Shown here: one piece after another, positions 37,559 through 47,286 of the stretch
Position numbering within the stretch: position 1 is the first letter of the stretch
How the letters are laid out: every line of letters begins with the position of its first letter
Source of the DNA: an uncultured Solirubrobacteraceae bacterium
GTDB taxonomy: Bacteria > Actinomycetota > Thermoleophilia > Solirubrobacterales > Solirubrobacteraceae
Direction of reading: 5' to 3'
DNA length: 64,000 nt
NCBI GenBank assembly: GCA_963752015.1
Contig: CAVVWS010000001.1
Coordinates: 628,382 to 692,381, forward strand
Program-made: the position numbers and the translations under genes
The notes under the pieces: generated by a model
Databases searched by the model: none
Seen by the model: only the letters and a program-made list of their open reading frames with translations
Told to the model about the DNA's origin: nothing

Positions 37559-38994
37559 GACGAGATCCATGGTTCGTGCCAGCGACCGTGGCCGGCGAGC
37601 AGGCGGTCCGCCTCAGCCGGTCCCCACGACCCCTTGGCGTATGGGTGGACAGGCGGGGGCGAATCCACCAGCGGCTGCATGACGCGCCAGGCCTCCTCGA
37701 CGCCGTCCTGGCGCTTGAAACGTGTGCTGTCGCCCTGCATTGCGGCATGCAGCAGCACCTCGTACGGCGCCGGGACGTCGTCGCCCTCCCGGCCGAACTC
37801 CTTGTCGAGGCTGATCAGCTCCGCCTCCGCGGGCTCGCCACGCTGCGCCTCCAGCATCAGGCGCACGCCGGTCGCCGGATCGAGCCTGACGACCAGCTGG
37901 TCGGACTCGGGCGCGCGGCCGCGACTTGCGTCGAAGCCGAGCCGCGGCGGGCGATGGAACACGAGCCGCAGCTCGGTCTGGGTGGCCTTCAGGTGCTTGC
38001 CGGTCCGGATGAAGAAGGGCACACCCGTCCAGCGCCAGTTGTCGATCTCCAGCCGCAGCGCGGCGTAGGTCTCGGTCGTCGAGTCCGCGGCGACTCCGTC
38101 GACCTCCCGGTACCCGTCGTACTGGCCGCGGACGTAGTGCGCCGGATCGGCCGGCGGCATCGCGTGGAAGACGGCGAACAGCGAGTTCTTGAGCGTCGCC
38201 GGATCGCGGGCGCCCGGCGCCTCCATCGCCGCCGCCCCGACCACCTGCATGAGATGGTTCACCACGACGTCGCGCAGCGCGCCGACCGGGTCGTAGAAGT
38301 GGCCGCGGTCGTCGACGCCGAAGCGCTCGGCCATCGTGATCTGGACGCTCGCGACCTGGTTGCGGTGCCAGATCGGCTCGAGGATCGCGTTCGCGAACCG
38401 CAGGTAGAGGATCTCCGCGAGTCCCAGCTTCCCGAGGTAGTGGTCGATCCGGTACAGCTGGCGCTCGTCGAGGTAGTGGTGCATCTCGTTCGCGAGCGCG
38501 CGGGCGGACTCCAGATCGTGGCCGAACGGCTTCTCGACCACGACGCGGGCGGCCTCGATGAGGCCTGCGCCGGCCAGGCCTTTCACGACGGCGCCGAACA
38601 GGAAGGGCGGGATCTCGAGGTAGAAGACCGGGGCGCGGGCGTCCTTCAGCCGCACCGCGAGGCGCTCGAACGTCGCCGGGTCGGCGAAGTCGCCCGCCAG
38701 GTAGGAGAGGCGGGCGGCGAACCGGTCGAACACCTCCGGGTCGAGGGTCTCACCGCACGCCAGGATCGCCTCGCGGGCACGCTGGCGCAGGTCGTCGTCC
38801 GTCCAGTCGTCGACGGCGACGCCGACGATCGGGCAGGTCAGCAGGCCGCGCGCCTCGAGGCGGTAGAGCGAGTGCAGCGTCATCACCTTCGCCAGGTCGC
38901 CGGTGATGCCGAACACCACGAAGACGTCGGCAGGCTCCTCGGGCGCGGCGCCGGATGCGGTGACACCCGGGCGCGGTCTCGCTGCGGTGGTCAT
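37555..38994 (-). CDS. zwf: glucose-6-phosphate dehydrogenase
   Basis: VFVVFGITGDLAKVMTLHSLYRL (NADP site) and RIDHYLGK active-site motif; 479 aa. Confidence 0.9.
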   Translation of the reverse strand: MTTAARPRPGVTASGAAPEEPADVFVVFGITGDLAKVMTLHSLYRLEARGLLTCPIVGVAVDDWTDDDLRQRAREAILACGETLDPEVFDRFAARLSYLAGDFADPATFERLAVRLKDARAPVFYLEIPPFLFGAVVKGLAGAGLIEAARVVVEKPFGHDLESARALANEMHHYLDERQLYRIDHYLGKLGLAEILYLRFANAILEPIWHRNQVASVQITMAERFGVDDRGHFYDPVGALRDVVVNHLMQVVGAAAMEAPGARDPATLKNSLFAVFHAMPPADPAHYVRGQYDGYREVDGVAADSTTETYAALRLEIDNWRWTGVPFFIRTGKHLKATQTELRLVFHRPPRLGFDASRGRAPESDQLVVRLDPATGVRLMLEAQRGEPAEAELISLDKEFGREGDDVPAPYEVLLHAAMQGDSTRFKRQDGVEEAWRVMQPLVDSPPPVHPYAKGSWGPAEADRLLAGHGRWHEPWISS

Positions 38995-39028
38995 ACGCCG
39001 ATCGTCCGCCTGGCCCGCGGACCGGTCA

Positions 39029-40018
39029 TCACCCGTTCTGGATGAACGCGCCGCGCACCTCGATCGAGAACACCGCGGTGAAGTCCCGCCCTGGGGTGGC
39101 CCGGCGGAGCCCCGCGCCGCTGCGGAGCGCGTTGGTCGGCGCCGTCATCGGCTCGAAGCAGATGAACGCCGACCCCGCTGGGGCGAACACCTGTCCGACG
39201 GGGTAGCCGCGCTCGAACGTGACCGCCAGCGTCCGCCCGCCCCCGGACACCGAGAACTCGGCGCCGTCCGGCAGCTGGTCGTAGCCGTCGTCGAAGTGGC
39301 GGTCCCCCAGCTCGAACGCGGCGGCGGGCCGCTCCTCGGTCTCGCCGGTCGGCACGCCGCGGTCGTCGAGCAGCAGATGCCGTCGCGCCGGCAGCGCAAC
39401 CTGCCAGCCGGTGCGATCGGCGCCCGGCAGCCGCAGGTACGGGTGGAAGCCGAAGCTGATCGGCACCGGTGCGCCGCCCGTCGGGCGGACCCGCGTCGTG
39501 ATCGTCAGCCGCTCGCCCGTCAGCGCCGCCTCGAGCAGCACCTCGTGCGGGAACGGGAAGGCCGCCATGAGCTCCGGATGCGCCGCGAAGTCCAACGCCG
39601 CGCGGAGCCGCGCCGTGCCGCCCTCGTCGTCCAGTGAAGTCACGTCCCAGTAGCGCGTGGCGGCGAGGACGCCGTGGATCGGGAGCCCGTGCTCGTCGCC
39701 GTGGACGAGCGGCGGACCGTGCGGCAGCCGCACGTCGTGCCCATCGAACGAATAGGAGAAGCCGGCCAGCCGGTTCGCCCACGGGTGCAGGAACGGGATG
39801 CCCATGACCGCGCCGTTCTCGACGTACGCGCTCAGCCCCGCCTGGCGGTCGAGGAGCTCCTCCCCGGCGTGGCGCAGGGAGACGCCCACCATCCCGCGCT
39901 CGGGCACGAAGGTCGCTTCGAGCTCCGCGGCCGCCAGCGTCACGGCAGCGCAGCCCTCGAAGCGCTCCTGGCTGATCCCCATGTCGCGGATCGCACCAGG
40001 GCTTGCGTCGCCCGCCAT
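39029..40018 (-). CDS. aldose 1-epimerase family protein
   Basis: ...GIPFLHPWANRL...GLPIHG...FGFHPYLRLPG...FICFEPMTAPTNAL. Alternative start at ATG 39982. Confidence 0.8.
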   Translation of the reverse strand: MAGDASPGAIRDMGISQERFEGCAAVTLAAAELEATFVPERGMVGVSLRHAGEELLDRQAGLSAYVENGAVMGIPFLHPWANRLAGFSYSFDGHDVRLPHGPPLVHGDEHGLPIHGVLAATRYWDVTSLDDEGGTARLRAALDFAAHPELMAAFPFPHEVLLEAALTGERLTITTRVRPTGGAPVPISFGFHPYLRLPGADRTGWQVALPARRHLLLDDRGVPTGETEERPAAAFELGDRHFDDGYDQLPDGAEFSVSGGGRTLAVTFERGYPVGQVFAPAGSAFICFEPMTAPTNALRSGAGLRRATPGRDFTAVFSIEVRGAFIQNG

Positions 40019-40098
40019 CGTCCGGAAGGGGTGATGACGCTGGCGAGCCGGGAGTCGACGATCCGGCCGAGCCGCCGGACAAGCGCAGAAAGGGACAG

Positions 40099-41997
40099 AT
40101 GACCTCCGCCACCGAAGCGGGCGAGCAGCCGCAGAGCGCCGCAGCGCCGTCGCCCTTCACGCCGATCGCCGAATACGCGTTCCTGTCGAACTGCCACACG
40201 GGTGCGCTGGTCGCCCCGGACGGCGGGATCGGCTGGCTGTGCGTTCCGCGCTTCGACTCGCCGAGCGTGTTCGGCACCCTGCTGGACCGGCAGGCCGGTC
40301 ATTTCCGGCTGGCCCCGTTCTCCGCCAACGTGCCCGCGGCGCGCGCCTATGAGCCGGGCACCAACACGCTGGTCACCACGTGGCAGGTCCCGACGGGGTG
40401 GATCGTCGTGCGCGACGCGCTCACGCTGGGTCCGCGGCGGATCGAGGACCGGATCACGCCGCACACGAGGCCGCCGTTCGACGACGACGCCGACCACCTG
40501 CTCGTGCGCACGGTCGAGTGCATCGAGGGCAACGTCGAGATCGACCTGGTCTGCGAGCCCGTGTTCGACTACGGCCGCGTCGCGGCGGAGTGGACCCTCG
40601 TCGGGGAGGACCGGCACGCGGCCGACGCCAGCGGCGCGGGCGTCACGATCAGGCTCGCGACCGACATGCTGCTCGGCATCGAGGGCGACCGGGTGCGCGG
40701 GCGACGGATGCTCAACCAGGGTGAGCGGGCGTTCTGCTCGCTCTCGTGGGCCGAGGAGCTCGCCTCGCCCGCGGACGCGGACGAGGCGACCGCCAGGCTC
40801 GCGGCGACGACACGGTTCTGGCGCGCCTGGGTGGCCCGCGCGCGGATCCCCGATCACCGCTGGCGCGAGCCGATCCAGCGCTCCGCGCTCGCGATCAAGG
40901 GGCTCACCTACATGCCGACCGGGGCGACGGTCGCGGCGCCCACGACCTCGCTGCCCGAGACGCCGGGCGGGGAGCGCAACTGGGACTACCGCTACACGTG
41001 GATCCGCGACGCCACGTTCACCCTGCAGGCGCTGCACTGGCTCAATCTCGACTGGGAGGCCGACGAGTTCATGCAGTTCATCGCCGACCTGGAGCCGGAC
41101 GCCGACGGTTCGCTGCAGATCATGTACGGGATCGACGGACGGCGCGACCTCACCGAGGTCACGATCGACGAGCTGTCCGGCTACGCGGGCGCTCGCCCGG
41201 TGCGCGTGGGCAACGGCGCGTTCGACCAGCGCCAGAACGATGTCTACGGCGCCGCGCTCGACTCGATCCTGCTCCACACCCGCCGGAGCGAGCGGCTCCC
41301 GCGGCGGCTGTGGCCGATCGTGGAGGCCCAGGCCGAGAACGCCACGCGCGTGTGGCGCGAGCCCGACCAGGGGATCTGGGAGGCGCGAGGGGCGCCGCAG
41401 CACTACGTGTCGTCCAAGCTGATGTGCTGGGTCGCATTGGACCGCGCCGCCAAGCTCGCCGAGATCCGCGGCGGCGGCGAGCGTGAGGCCGAATGGGCCG
41501 CGACGGCGGAGGAGATCCGCGCCGACATCCTCGAGCACGGTGTCGACGAGCGCGGGGTGCTGCGCCAGCACTACGCGACGGACGCGCTCGACGCGTCCAC
41601 GCTGCTCGCCGCCATCTTCGGCTTCCTGCCCGGCACCGATAAACGGCTGCGCGCGAGCGTGCTGGCGATCGCGGACGAGCTGACCGAGCACGGTTTCGTC
41701 CTGCGCTACCGCACCGACGAGACCGACGACGGCCTCTCCGGGAAGGAGGGCACGTTCCTGATCTGCTCCTTCTGGCTCGTCTCCGCCCTCGCGGTCATCG
41801 GCGAGTCGCAGCGCGCCCGCGACCTGATGGAGCGCCTGCTGCTCCAGGCGTCGCCGCTCGGGCTCTACGCGGAGGAGTTCGACGCCGACACGGGCCGGCA
41901 CCTCGGCAACTTCCCGCAGGCGTTCTCGCACCTCGCGCTCATCGAAGCCGCCGCGCGGATCATCCTCACCGAGCGGCTCGACGAGTACACGCGCTGA
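40099..41997 (+). CDS. glycoside hydrolase family 15 protein (glucoamylase/trehalase-like)
   Basis: IAEYAFLSNCHTGALVAPDGGIGWLCVPRFDSPSVFG...ERNWDYRYTWIRDATF...GIWEARG...YAEEFD, the typical GH15 pattern. Confidence 0.9.
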   Translation: MTSATEAGEQPQSAAAPSPFTPIAEYAFLSNCHTGALVAPDGGIGWLCVPRFDSPSVFGTLLDRQAGHFRLAPFSANVPAARAYEPGTNTLVTTWQVPTGWIVVRDALTLGPRRIEDRITPHTRPPFDDDADHLLVRTVECIEGNVEIDLVCEPVFDYGRVAAEWTLVGEDRHAADASGAGVTIRLATDMLLGIEGDRVRGRRMLNQGERAFCSLSWAEELASPADADEATARLAATTRFWRAWVARARIPDHRWREPIQRSALAIKGLTYMPTGATVAAPTTSLPETPGGERNWDYRYTWIRDATFTLQALHWLNLDWEADEFMQFIADLEPDADGSLQIMYGIDGRRDLTEVTIDELSGYAGARPVRVGNGAFDQRQNDVYGAALDSILLHTRRSERLPRRLWPIVEAQAENATRVWREPDQGIWEARGAPQHYVSSKLMCWVALDRAAKLAEIRGGGEREAEWAATAEEIRADILEHGVDERGVLRQHYATDALDASTLLAAIFGFLPGTDKRLRASVLAIADELTEHGFVLRYRTDETDDGLSGKEGTFLICSFWLVSALAVIGESQRARDLMERLLLQASPLGLYAEEFDADTGRHLGNFPQAFSHLALIEAAARIILTERLDEYTR

Positions 41998-42066
41998 CGC
42001 CGCGAACGGCATGAGCTCGAGCCCGTCGATCGATTCAGCCCGGACACTGCGCGGCATGACCGCCGG

Positions 42067-42543
42067 GTGGCGTTCCGGATGACCGTCGCGTGGCCCGTCC
42101 GCAGTGTGATCGCCGGCGCCGCGGGAACGGCGACGCTGACGCTCGCCTATGCGTGCGAGCGCCGGCTGCGAAAGCCCCGGCAAGGCCCGCTCGACTACGA
42201 CGACTCGCTCGTCCCCGGCCAGATCGTCGCGAGCGTGATGCACCTGCCGCACGTCACGGACCGCGAAGATCGCGACCTCGGGCTGCTGCTGCGCTGGAGC
42301 TACGGCTCGGCGTTCGGCATGCTGCACGGCGCGCTGCGTCGCGTCATCCCGGAGCCATGGGCGAGCGCAGCGTTCGGTGGCACGCTGATGACCGCGACTT
42401 TGACGCTGTTTCCGCTGCTCGGCCGGACCCCGCCGCCGTGGCGCTGGCCCGCCGACGTGATGGCGACCAGCCTGGGTACCCACGTCGCCTACGTCGTCGG
42501 GGTTGCAGCGGTGGACGACTCGATTCGTCGTAGTACCAGCTGA
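42067..42543 (+). CDS. hypothetical membrane protein
   Basis: 158-aa intact ORF with 3-4 hydrophobic segments. No family recognised. Confidence 0.5.
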   Translation: MAFRMTVAWPVRSVIAGAAGTATLTLAYACERRLRKPRQGPLDYDDSLVPGQIVASVMHLPHVTDREDRDLGLLLRWSYGSAFGMLHGALRRVIPEPWASAAFGGTLMTATLTLFPLLGRTPPPWRWPADVMATSLGTHVAYVVGVAAVDDSIRRSTS

Positions 42544-42573
42544 GACGCGACGCGCGAGAACAGGAGGGCCATC

Positions 42574-42916
42574 TCAGTGGAGCGACGTCGCTTCGCCGAG
42601 GGCGACGTCGGCGAGGTAGTCGTAGGCGCGGTTGGCGCCGAGCGGGTGCATGAACGAGCCGGCCTTGACGTCGCGGTAGGCGCGCGCGAGCGGGCTGCCG
42701 TTGAGGTAGCCACCACCGCCCGAGAGGGCGAGCGCACGCTCCACGATGCGGCGGCCGCAAGTAGCCGGCGGCCTTGAGCGCGTCGATCGCCTCGAAGGGA
42801 TAGCTGCCTTCGCGGTCGTGCTCGGCCGCGTGGGCGCCGAGCTCTTCGGAGAGCTGCTCGGCGATCGCCACGAGGCGGGCGCCGGCGGCGGTATGGGCTG
42901 TGAGCTCGATCGGCAT
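42574..42916 (-). pseudogene. acyl-CoA dehydrogenase remnant (N-terminus fused to C-terminus by a large internal deletion)
   Basis: ATG 42916. MPIELTAHTAAGARLVAIAEQLSEELGAHAAEHDREGSYPFEAIDALKAAGYL joins directly, with a frame change near 42750-42760, to RRIVERALALSGGGGYLNGSPLARAYRDVKAGSFMHPLGANRAYDYLADVALGEATSLH*. About 270 central residues are missing. Confidence 0.65.
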
Positions 42917-42932
42917 GGTCGGATCTCGAGCC

Positions 42933-43479
42933 TCAGCCGCTCGTCACCTCGACGGCGACGGGCACGCCGTTGGTGACCATGTCGTAGACGGCGAGGCGCT
43001 GCTCCACGACCTCGCGAGCTTCTCGCCGGGCGTGCCCGTCCGGAACGACACGCCGATGCGCTCGAACCCGTTGCGCGGCTCGTCGTCGACTCGAGCGCGC
43101 GCGCACGTCCATGTCGGTGAGCGTCGATCGACGGACGTAGCTCCACCTTGCGCGCCGCGGCCACGTAGACGATCGACGTCGTCAGGCAGGCGGCGAGCGC
43201 GTGCAGCAGGTGCTCGGCGGGGTTGGCGCCGGTGTCGGTGCCGAGCAGGATCGCCGGCTCGCCCGCATCGATCTCGAACGCCTCGGTGCGAGTGGCGTCC
43301 TCGCCGCCCGCGGCGTAGAACCCCTTGATCGTCGAGCGGTTGTGGGCGCCGCCGATCCAGCGGTTGGTGGCACGGAACTGGAACCTCGCCAGCTCCGGCT
43401 GCGCCCTGATCAGGTCCAGCGTGGCGAACAGCTTCTCCGTGTCCACGCCGTTGCGGTTCGTGTCTGTGACTACGCTCAC
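42933..43479 (-). pseudogene. OsmC-family peroxiredoxin-like protein, three frame breaks in the C-terminal third
   Basis: MSVVTDTNRNGVDTEKLFATLDLIRAQPELARFQFRATNRWIGGAHNRSTIKGFYAAGGED...ANPAEHLLHALAACLTTSIVYVAAARKVEL. Then STLTDMDVRAR, VDDEPRNGFERIGVSFRTGTPGEKL and REVVEQRLAVYDMVTNGVPVAVEVTSG* lie in alternating frames (about 43125, 43090, 43020). Confidence 0.7.
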
Positions 43480-43532
43480 TTCGAGGACCTCCTCGGTCGT
43501 TGTGGTGTTGGGGAACCGTCAGCCCGAGCCGC

Positions 43533-45686
43533 TCACGCGACGTCGGCGCACGGAGCAGGGGGATCCGGCGATCCGCCGTGGCGGAGCCGCAGGCCCTGCG
43601 GGAGCCGGTCCAGCAGGCGCGGCGTCCACCACGCGGCCGGGCCGAGGATGCGCAGGACGGCCGGCAGCAGCAGCAGGCGGACGAGCAGCGTGTCGAGCAG
43701 CACCGCCACGCCCAGGATCACGCCCATCTCCTTCGGCGCGAGCGGTCCGGAGAGGGCGAAGGTGAAGAACACGACCACCATCGCCGCGCCGGCCGCGTTG
43801 ATCACCCTGCCCGAGCCGGCGAGCCCCTCGACGAGGGCGGATCGTGGATCGCCGGTGCGGTCGAGCTCGGCCCTGATCGAACTCAGCAGGAACACGCTGT
43901 AGTCCATCGCGAGAGCGAAGATCAGGGCGAAGAAGAAGATCGGCGCCCAGGCGTCGACGAAGCCCTGCGAGGAGAAGCCGAGCAGGGCTTCCCCGTGGCC
44001 GTCCTGGAAGATCAGCTTCGCCACGCCGAAGGCCGCCGCGGTGGCGAGCAGGTTCATCAGCACGGCCGCCGCGGCCGCAACCGGTGCGCGGACGACGAGG
44101 ACCAGCAGCGCAAAGCCGACAGCGACCACCAGGCCGTAGACGAGCGGAAGCCGGCGGGCGAGGGCGCGCTCGAGATCGTGGGCCTCGGCGGCCGCGCCGC
44201 CGACGATCGCTCCGTCCGGCAGCCGTGACCGCATGCTGTCGAGGAGCTCGCTCCCCCCTGAGACGGGACGCACTCGCGTCAGCGCGAGGCCGCCCCGCCG
44301 CTCCGCCGGCATCGCGGCGGCCACGCCTGGGGTGTGGCGGAGCGCCGCGCGCACGCGCCCGGACGCTCTCGCCGGCGCCACGACCTGCAGCTCGGCGGGT
44401 GCCCCGGCGCCGAAGGCCTCCTGGAGGCGCTCGGAGCCGACGCGCGCGCTCGCGTCGGCAGGCAGGACGCCGGTCGCCGGCATGGCCGTGCGCAGGCTGA
44501 GCCCCATGAGGGCGAGCGCGACGAGCGCGGCGAGCGCGAGTCCGCCGATCACGACCGGGCGGCGCCAGATCAGCCGTCCCCAGCGCGCAAACGCCTCGCT
44601 GCGGTGCTGCACAGCACCCGCCCAGGGCAGCGCGAAGCGGTCGATGCGCGGGCCGAGGCGCGCCAGCAGCGCCGGCAGGAGGGTCAGCGTCGCAGCGAGC
44701 ACGAACCCCACGGCGAGCAGGATCCCGAGCGCGCTCGTGCGGAATGGCTGACTCGGCACGACCATGACGGCGGCCAGCGCCGCCAGCACGGCGACGCCGC
44801 TGACGAGCACCGCCCTGCCCGCGCTGTCCATCGTCTCTGCGACGGCGTCATCCGGGCGCAGGCCCGCTCGCAGCGCGGCGCGGAATCGAACCACGACGAA
44901 GAGCGCGTAGTCGATCCCCACGGCGAGCGCGAACATCAGCGCGAAGTTCATCGCCCAGATCGTGATGCCGGTGAACTGTGCGCCGATCCAGAGCGTGCCG
45001 GCGGTGGCCACCAGCCCCAGGATCGCGAGGACCAGTGGGATCCCGGCCGCGGCGAGCGAGCCGAAGGCGATGGCGAGCACGGCCAGGGTGACCGGCCAGG
45101 AGAGCACCTCGGAGCGCAGCATCGCGGCCTTGTTCTCCTCGTTGAACTCCGACCACAGCGCGGCGGAGCCGGTGAGCGATACCTCGATTCCCGGTCCTGC
45201 CGCCGCCTCGAGCCGATCGCGGAGGCGACTCGCGGCGCGCACCATGCCGGCTGTGCCGGCGGCCGCGCCGCCGCGCACGACGGCCACTCGGCCGTCCGGC
45301 GCGATCGACGTGCCGGCCTCGGGCGACCGCACCGCTCCGACTGCGGGGTCGCGCCGCAGCAGGCCCGCCACGCGCCCGATCGTCGCGCGGAACGCCGGGC
45401 TCGCGCTGTCGTGCGTCCGCGAGCTGATCACCGCGACCAGCGCATAGCTGCCCTGACCGTCGAAGTGCCGGTCGATCAGACGGCGGGCCTCCACGGACTC
45501 CGAGCCATCAGCCTGCCAGCCGCCGCCGGACAGCGCCTGCTCGGCACGCGGAGCGAGTACGCCGAGGCAGACGGCGACCACGACCCAGGCGAGCACGACC
45601 CTGCGGCGGTGGGTGGCCGCCCAGCGGCCGAGGCGACCCAGCGGGCTCGATCGGGTGGTGCGGGGTGAGACGTCGAGCCGGGGCAT
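43533..45686 (-). CDS. MMPL family transporter (RND superfamily)
   Basis: Intact ORF, start ATG 45686 (or 45728). Contains AVGIDYALFVVVRFR and ALAMDYSVFLLSSIR. Confidence 0.9.
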   Translation of the reverse strand: MPRLDVSPRTTRSSPLGRLGRWAATHRRRVVLAWVVVAVCLGVLAPRAEQALSGGGWQADGSESVEARRLIDRHFDGQGSYALVAVISSRTHDSASPAFRATIGRVAGLLRRDPAVGAVRSPEAGTSIAPDGRVAVVRGGAAAGTAGMVRAASRLRDRLEAAAGPGIEVSLTGSAALWSEFNEENKAAMLRSEVLSWPVTLAVLAIAFGSLAAAGIPLVLAILGLVATAGTLWIGAQFTGITIWAMNFALMFALAVGIDYALFVVVRFRAALRAGLRPDDAVAETMDSAGRAVLVSGVAVLAALAAVMVVPSQPFRTSALGILLAVGFVLAATLTLLPALLARLGPRIDRFALPWAGAVQHRSEAFARWGRLIWRRPVVIGGLALAALVALALMGLSLRTAMPATGVLPADASARVGSERLQEAFGAGAPAELQVVAPARASGRVRAALRHTPGVAAAMPAERRGGLALTRVRPVSGGSELLDSMRSRLPDGAIVGGAAAEAHDLERALARRLPLVYGLVVAVGFALLVLVVRAPVAAAAAVLMNLLATAAAFGVAKLIFQDGHGEALLGFSSQGFVDAWAPIFFFALIFALAMDYSVFLLSSIRAELDRTGDPRSALVEGLAGSGRVINAAGAAMVVVFFTFALSGPLAPKEMGVILGVAVLLDTLLVRLLLLPAVLRILGPAAWWTPRLLDRLPQGLRLRHGGSPDPPAPCADVA

Positions 45687-45747
45687 GGCGGCAAAGTACG
45701 TGCCGGCACGGAGCCCGTCATGGGGCACTCGCCCCAGCTTTGCGCGG

Positions 45748-47286
45748 TCAGTCGACGAGGCCGTGGCGCATCGCGTAGAGCGACGTCTCTGCGCGGGTGG
45801 AGACCCCGAGCTTGAGGTAGATGTGCTCGATGTGGTTGCGCGCGGTCTTCTCAGCGATCACGAGCTGCCGCGCGACGTCGCGGCTGGAGGCGCCGCGGGC
45901 GACGAGCAGCAGGACCTCGAGCTCGCGTGCGGTGAGCCCGGCGGGGCGGGCACGCTCGCGGGCGCCGGGGCGGGGGTGACCGGCGGCGGTCAGGACGTCC
46001 TCCGCCGCGTCGGCGTCGATCCGTCCGGCTCGCACCTCGCGGCGCAGCTCGGCGGCCGCCGCGTCCGTCTCCAGGGCGTCACGGTGCGGGCGCGCCTCGG
46101 TCATCGCGTGGTAGACGTCCGCCGCGGCCAGCATCCGCGCGGCGGGCGGCAGGGCGGACCCCGGCAGCGAGCGGTGATAGCCCGAGCCGTCCAGGCGCTC
46201 GTGGTGGCAGGCCGCGATCGCTCCCAGGCGGGCCAGGGCCTCGGGGCGCGCGAGCATGCGCTCGGTGTAGTAGGGATGCAGCCGCACCCGCTCGCGCTCG
46301 GCGTCGGTCAGCCGCCCCGGCTTGTCCCAGATCGTGTTCGGCACCCCGGTCCGCCCCAGGTCGTGCACAAGCGCGGCGCGCCGCAGCTCCGTCACCGCAT
46401 CGGCGGGCAGCCCCGCCTCCTGCGCGGCCGCGGCGGCGAGCCGCGCGACGCCGCGTGAGCGGCCGGTGAACCAGGGCGACTTGAGGTCGCTGAAGTCGGC
46501 GACCGCCTCGAGGGCGGCGTCGAGCCCATCGCCCGCGAGCGCCTTGGCCAGGCCCGGCTCGGCCGCGATCACCGCGTCCCAACTCGACTCCTCGGCCAGC
46601 CCGTCCAGCAACTCGCGGGCGCAGTCGGTGAACGCCTCCACCAGACGCGGGTCGAACTGTCCCCCGGCGCGATCGCGCGCGACCGCGATCGCGGCGTCGA
46701 CGCCGCCACCGCGGTGGTGGACCTCGGCGATCGCGGCGACGTGAACGAGCCTGATCGCCAGCGGCAGCTCCTCGCCGCCCGTCCCGCCGGGGATTCCTGT
46801 CCCGTCCCAGCGAGAGAAGCCATGCAGCAACGGCTCCTGCACCTCGGGGCCGAGTCCCAGCCGCCGCGCGATCGCCGACGCGACCTGGCAGTGCGCCGTC
46901 ATCGCCTCCATAGCGTCGCGCCCGCCGGTCGCCACCAGCGCCGCGGCCATCCCCGCCCGTCGCAGCGGTGGACGGCCGGTCCCGACCCGGCGCAGCAGAA
47001 AGCCGGCCATCGGCCGGCCGGCGAGATCGACCCGATGAGCGTCCGCGCGCAGCGCGAGATCGTCGCCGAACTGGTGCGCCAGCTCGTGCGAATCGGCCGT
47101 GCAGCCGACCCAGGCCAGCATCGCCACGTAGTACACGGCGGCGCGGTCCGCCTCGTCCAGACCCAGCCGCTCCGCGAGCCCCAAAGCGATCCGGCACTGA
47201 CGCAGCACATGCTCCTGCGGCAACCCGAGACCGAGATCGGTCGCCAGCGACCAGGCGGCGACCAACTCGGCCAGGCGCAGGCGCAT
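45748..47286 (-). CDS. HD-GYP-type phosphohydrolase domain(s) fused to a LuxR-type HTH
   Basis: ATG 47286. ALVHDLGRTGVPNTIWDKPGRLTDAERERVRLHPYYTERML...ACHHERLDGSGYHRS (GYH in place of GYP). C-terminal LTARELEVLLLVARGASSRDVARQLVIAEKTARNHIEHIYLKLGV. Confidence 0.8.
   Translation of the reverse strand: MRLRLAELVAAWSLATDLGLGLPQEHVLRQCRIALGLAERLGLDEADRAAVYYVAMLAWVGCTADSHELAHQFGDDLALRADAHRVDLAGRPMAGFLLRRVGTGRPPLRRAGMAAALVATGGRDAMEAMTAHCQVASAIARRLGLGPEVQEPLLHGFSRWDGTGIPGGTGGEELPLAIRLVHVAAIAEVHHRGGGVDAAIAVARDRAGGQFDPRLVEAFTDCARELLDGLAEESSWDAVIAAEPGLAKALAGDGLDAALEAVADFSDLKSPWFTGRSRGVARLAAAAAQEAGLPADAVTELRRAALVHDLGRTGVPNTIWDKPGRLTDAERERVRLHPYYTERMLARPEALARLGAIAACHHERLDGSGYHRSLPGSALPPAARMLAAADVYHAMTEARPHRDALETDAAAAELRREVRAGRIDADAAEDVLTAAGHPRPGARERARPAGLTARELEVLLLVARGASSRDVARQLVIAEKTARNHIEHIYLKLGVSTRAETSLYAMRHGLVD

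Noticed and set aside
36203-38068. 621-aa plus-strand ORF overlapping the GMC oxidoreductase and zwf genes
   Set aside because: Shadow ORF. The minus strand carries two motif-verified genes, and the plus-frame product is Arg/Val/Glu-rich with no family features.
39940-42483. 847-aa ORF antisense to the GH15 gene
   Set aside because: Same reasoning: low-complexity Arg/Gly/Asp-rich translation opposite a clearly conserved GH15 coding frame.
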